Shown: positions 14,471 through 17,320 of the stretch, in pieces | How the letters are laid out: every line of letters begins with the position of its first letter | Position numbering within the stretch: the first letter of the stretch is position 1 | NCBI GenBank assembly: GCA_964549075.1 | Contig: CAZJUB010000055.1 | Location: 1-17,320 of the forward strand | Source of the DNA: an uncultured archaeon | GTDB lineage: Archaea; Asgardarchaeota; Heimdallarchaeia; Heimdallarchaeales; Heimdallarchaeaceae | Direction: 5' to 3' | DNA: 17,320 bases | Position numbers and translations under genes: made by a program | Notes under the pieces: generated by a model | What the model saw: only the letters and a program-made list of their open reading frames with translations | Databases searched by the model: none | What the model was told of the DNA's origin: nothing

Positions 14471-14504
14471 GAAAGAGGAAAAGAGAAAAGAAGAGAAAAA
14501 AAGA
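14471..14504 (-). terminator. 34-nt pure pyrimidine tract (minus strand), probable terminator of the zinc-ribbon gene
   Basis: + strand 14471-14504 is all A/G, 50 nt downstream of the stop at 14555. Confidence 0.45.
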
Positions 14505-14554
14505 CATAAAACAGCATTAGAAAAGCTGGAAATGTTGTATTTTCGTATTTAAGT

Positions 14555-14914
14555 CTACATCATCCAGAAAACAGAAAAGAAAATAATGACCACTAAAGCA
14601 GGAATTCCAAAGAAAGCTAGAATCAGCAAAACTTTGACCCAATTAGGCACTCCACCAGGTTTTCTAGGAGGATAACCATAGGGTTGACCTGGTACTGCAT
14701 CATACGATCCTGAAATACTTCTCCCTTGCTGAGGATGTTGAGTTTGATAAGGTTGGTAAGGCTGGTAACCTTGTTGTTGTACATCTGTTTGTTGTGGTTG
14801 GGATTGATACTGTTGACTACCTGAAGGTTCTCCCAAACTCTGACCACAATTCTCGCAGAAACGATTGTTAGACTTGTTTTGAGCACCACAGAATTGGCAG
14901 AAAACATAACTCAT
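14555..14914 (-). CDS. Zinc-ribbon protein with Q/P/Y/G-rich linker and C-terminal tail anchor
   Basis: CQFC-x10-CENC, low-complexity QQYQSQPQQ..GYQPYQPYQ, terminal hydrophobic helix; TTTAAATA box ~29 nt upstream. Confidence 0.85.
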   Translation of the reverse strand: MSYVFCQFCGAQNKSNNRFCENCGQSLGEPSGSQQYQSQPQQTDVQQQGYQPYQPYQTQHPQQGRSISGSYDAVPGQPYGYPPRKPGGVPNWVKVLLILAFFGIPALVVIIFFSVFWMM

Positions 14915-15125
14915 TTTTCTCTAAAATCTATTTAATATCCAGCTATTTAAAAGCATTCTTTTAGTTTTTGAGTACTACAATTGAAAATATGTAATAGATA
15001 CAGTATAAAACTGTGAATCAAAAACAGGAATATATAATTCCAAATGTTTATTTTTTCTCTTTTTATTCATTTCGAAACTTAATTAAAGCTATTCTAATGT
15101 TTCATCCTAACCTTAAGTGATTTGA

Positions 15126-16211
15126 ATGAATTGGTTCATTATTACGACAAATAGATGCAATCTCTATTGTAAATATTGTCAAAATGAACCACACCCAAAT
15201 CTTCCAGTTAGACCAAGTTGGAAAATTGAACAATTAAAAGATTTCTTAGCTAAAGATGACTCTCCTAATATTTGCTTCTATGGTGGTGAACCTTTACTTT
15301 TTATGGATAAGATTCAAGAAGTTATGAACAATATTTCAGCTGTTCATTATACGCTCCAAACCAATGGATTATTGCTATACAAACTTCCAACTGAATATCT
15401 AAATCGTTTTACTTCTATCTTAATATCTTTAGATGGAGATGAGCGAATTACGGATTATAGTAGAGGGAAGGGAACATATCAATCAGTTGTTCAGAATATC
15501 AAAGATATAAGATCCAGAGGATTTCAAGGAGATTTAATCGCTAGAATGGCTGTTCATGAACAATCAGATATCTATAGAGATGTATTTTATCTATTAAATT
15601 CAGAGGAACTTACATTTGATCATGTTCATTGGCAACTAGATGTTGAGTGGGATGACAGTATAGACACTAGATGGGTAGATTTCGAACAATGGTCCAAAGA
15701 TTATAACCTTGGAATAACAAAATTAGTTAATTACTGGCTGGAAGAGATGAAAAAAGGAAGAGTAAGAGGGATAGTTCCGTTTTTAGGTACTTTTAAACAC
15801 ATCCTAAATGATACAACAACCGATTTACCTTGCGAAGCAGGATTACGAAGCTTTGCAATTAGAACAGATGGAAAAATAACAATCTGTCCTCTCCCTCCAG
15901 AATATGAATTTACAGTAGTTGGAGATTTAGAAGATTCTACTCCTCAATCAGTTGAAAATTCCTTACAAGTAGGAGAATATTGTAAAGAATGTGATGTCTA
16001 TGGACTGTGTGGAGGAAGATGTTTGTTTGCTGAAAAAAGCAGACTCTGGGGAGAAGAAGGATTTGAAAAAGTTTGTAATTTAGTCAAGCATTTTATCCAA
16101 AAACTAAAAGAGATAAAACCTGAAGTACAGAATTTAATTGAGAAAAAGATACTAAAAAGAACAGATTTTGATTATCCTCTTTACAACAACACAACCGAGA
16201 TTATTCCGTAA
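15126..16211 (+). CDS. Radical SAM/SPASM domain protein, probably the AF0577 (TIGR04084) putative peptide-modifying family
   Basis: CNLYCKYC, YGGEPLL, LQTNG, SLDG, HVHWQLD, SPASM C..C..CKEC...CGGRC and terminal EIIP. Confidence 0.88.
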   Translation: MNWFIITTNRCNLYCKYCQNEPHPNLPVRPSWKIEQLKDFLAKDDSPNICFYGGEPLLFMDKIQEVMNNISAVHYTLQTNGLLLYKLPTEYLNRFTSILISLDGDERITDYSRGKGTYQSVVQNIKDIRSRGFQGDLIARMAVHEQSDIYRDVFYLLNSEELTFDHVHWQLDVEWDDSIDTRWVDFEQWSKDYNLGITKLVNYWLEEMKKGRVRGIVPFLGTFKHILNDTTTDLPCEAGLRSFAIRTDGKITICPLPPEYEFTVVGDLEDSTPQSVENSLQVGEYCKECDVYGLCGGRCLFAEKSRLWGEEGFEKVCNLVKHFIQKLKEIKPEVQNLIEKKILKRTDFDYPLYNNTTEIIP

Positions 16212-16217
16212 ATTTGT

Positions 16218-17320
16218 TTAAGATGCTTTACTAAATTCTTTAGTAATTTCTTCTTTGCTATCTTGTTCTTCTCCATATAGATTCTTGTATATATTCAATC
16301 TAGAGGCGTCACGTTTTGTTAATACACTAGTGATTTTTCCATTTAACCATTCTATAGTTCCTTTAAATTGCACCCGTTCTAACATTTTTAATAATCCTTG
16401 CCAGAAGAAGATTAGTGCTACTCCATAACCAAAAGCTAGATACGCATATTGTGACCAATTGGGAAAAAGAGGATCTAAAACAAGTTTTTTTATTGTTGCT
16501 CCTACTAAAGGTTCGAAAACAAAAATCGTTAATGTTAGTAAACCAAACCGTCTGATTGTTCTACTTTGAAAAACTCTCTTTAATCTACTTTCTTTCTTTA
16601 GATAGTGGACATAGAAAATTAACGTAGAGATAAAAATTAGAACTCCAATCTGCAGATAATTCCATTGCATGGGAAGAGTCTGAAAAATTGTTTCAACGGG
16701 AGGATTCCCTAAGATTGCTAGAAGGATAGATCCTGAGATGACGTAGATACCTCCAGCTGTCATTCCTGTAGTAATCACCTTTTTCTTGTTCAAATTTTCT
16801 GCAAATGCTATACCAAACATTGCACCATAGAGAGCGTAACCAGCAAAAGGGAAGAAAGGATAAGAATCACCTATAAATATCCCTAGAAATGTACCAAGAA
16901 GATGTTTATTATTCAAGTAAGCATCAAGCCAAATAGGTCGTAAGTATTTAATCATTATATCTGTTAAAAGAATTATACAAGTAGCTGTGATCCCTATAAT
17001 TATCAGGTTTCGTTTAACTTTTTTGTAACCTTCTTTTAGACCCAATAAAGCTAAGATTATTCCTGTAACTATAATGCTCAATCCTATAGCTGTTAAAGCA
17101 GTGTTTTTGTAAAGTAAAGTATAAATTGAAGGAAGTTGCAATGTTCCAGTCACAATACTTCCTACAATAAGACTATAATTTGGAGGACCGTTGGGATAAG
17201 GATTTGCTGCGTTTCCTATTAGAGTGTGATTAAAAACAGAAACTTGAATTTTACCAATAATAATTACCCACAACCCAATTATTAAACCACTAAGAAAGAT
17301 TTGTTTTGGTTTACTTTTTC
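16218..17320 (-). CDS. Multi-pass membrane protein, DUF1624/HGSNAT-like or DUF418-like acyltransferase superfamily; 5' end outside the window
   Basis: About 8 TM segments, YPFFPFAGYALYG and RFGLLTLTIF..GTIEW motifs. The frame stays open from 17273 to the window edge (KSKPKQIFLSGLIIG). Confidence 0.7.
   Translation of the reverse strand, partial: KSKPKQIFLSGLIIGLWVIIIGKIQVSVFNHTLIGNAANPYPNGPPNYSLIVGSIVTGTLQLPSIYTLLYKNTALTAIGLSIIVTGIILALLGLKEGYKKVKRNLIIIGITATCIILLTDIMIKYLRPIWLDAYLNNKHLLGTFLGIFIGDSYPFFPFAGYALYGAMFGIAFAENLNKKKVITTGMTAGGIYVISGSILLAILGNPPVETIFQTLPMQWNYLQIGVLIFISTLIFYVHYLKKESRLKRVFQSRTIRRFGLLTLTIFVFEPLVGATIKKLVLDPLFPNWSQYAYLAFGYGVALIFFWQGLLKMLERVQFKGTIEWLNGKITSVLTKRDASRLNIYKNLYGEEQDSKEEITKEFSKAS

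Noticed and set aside
14623-14907. 94-aa alternative-frame ORF
   Set aside because: Same-strand overlap with the zinc-ribbon CDS, which has the coherent domain structure
15044-15120. Tiny ORFs MFIFSLFIHFET and MFHPNLK upstream of the radical SAM gene as RiPP precursors
   Set aside because: Too short, no leader/core or Cys pattern, expected by chance in AT-rich DNA

Overview
AT-rich, gene-dense prokaryotic window that reads as an Asgard archaeon, possibly Heimdallarchaeia-like. This is inferred from TATA-like boxes about 22-31 nt upstream of start codons, oligo-T terminators, an ADP-forming acyl-CoA synthetase, an AF0577-type radical SAM enzyme and two eukaryotic-signature proteins. It holds about 18 CDSs: a disrupted IMPDH/GMPR 5' fragment at the left edge, two zinc-ribbon membrane proteins, DegV/FakB, three C-terminally anchored surface proteins, threonine dehydrogenase, acdA, a radical SAM/SPASM enzyme and a partial acyltransferase-like membrane protein at the right edge. 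Three things stand out. (1) An Arf/Sar1-like GTPase (DLGGH) fused to a longin/roadblock domain lies about 2.7 kb from a longin + folliculin-like DENN protein, suggesting a prokaryotic Rag/FLCN-like GTPase-regulator pair. (2) Three overlapping, apparently paralogous two-TM microproteins lie between them. (3) A 919-aa PEF-CTERM surface protein has eight ~102-aa Ig-like repeats, each with an invariant first-strand Gln and last-strand Cys, a candidate for a new self-forming Cys-Gln thioester cross-link. No rRNA, tRNA, CRISPR array or mobile element was recognised. All family calls come from reading motifs by eye; no searches were run.
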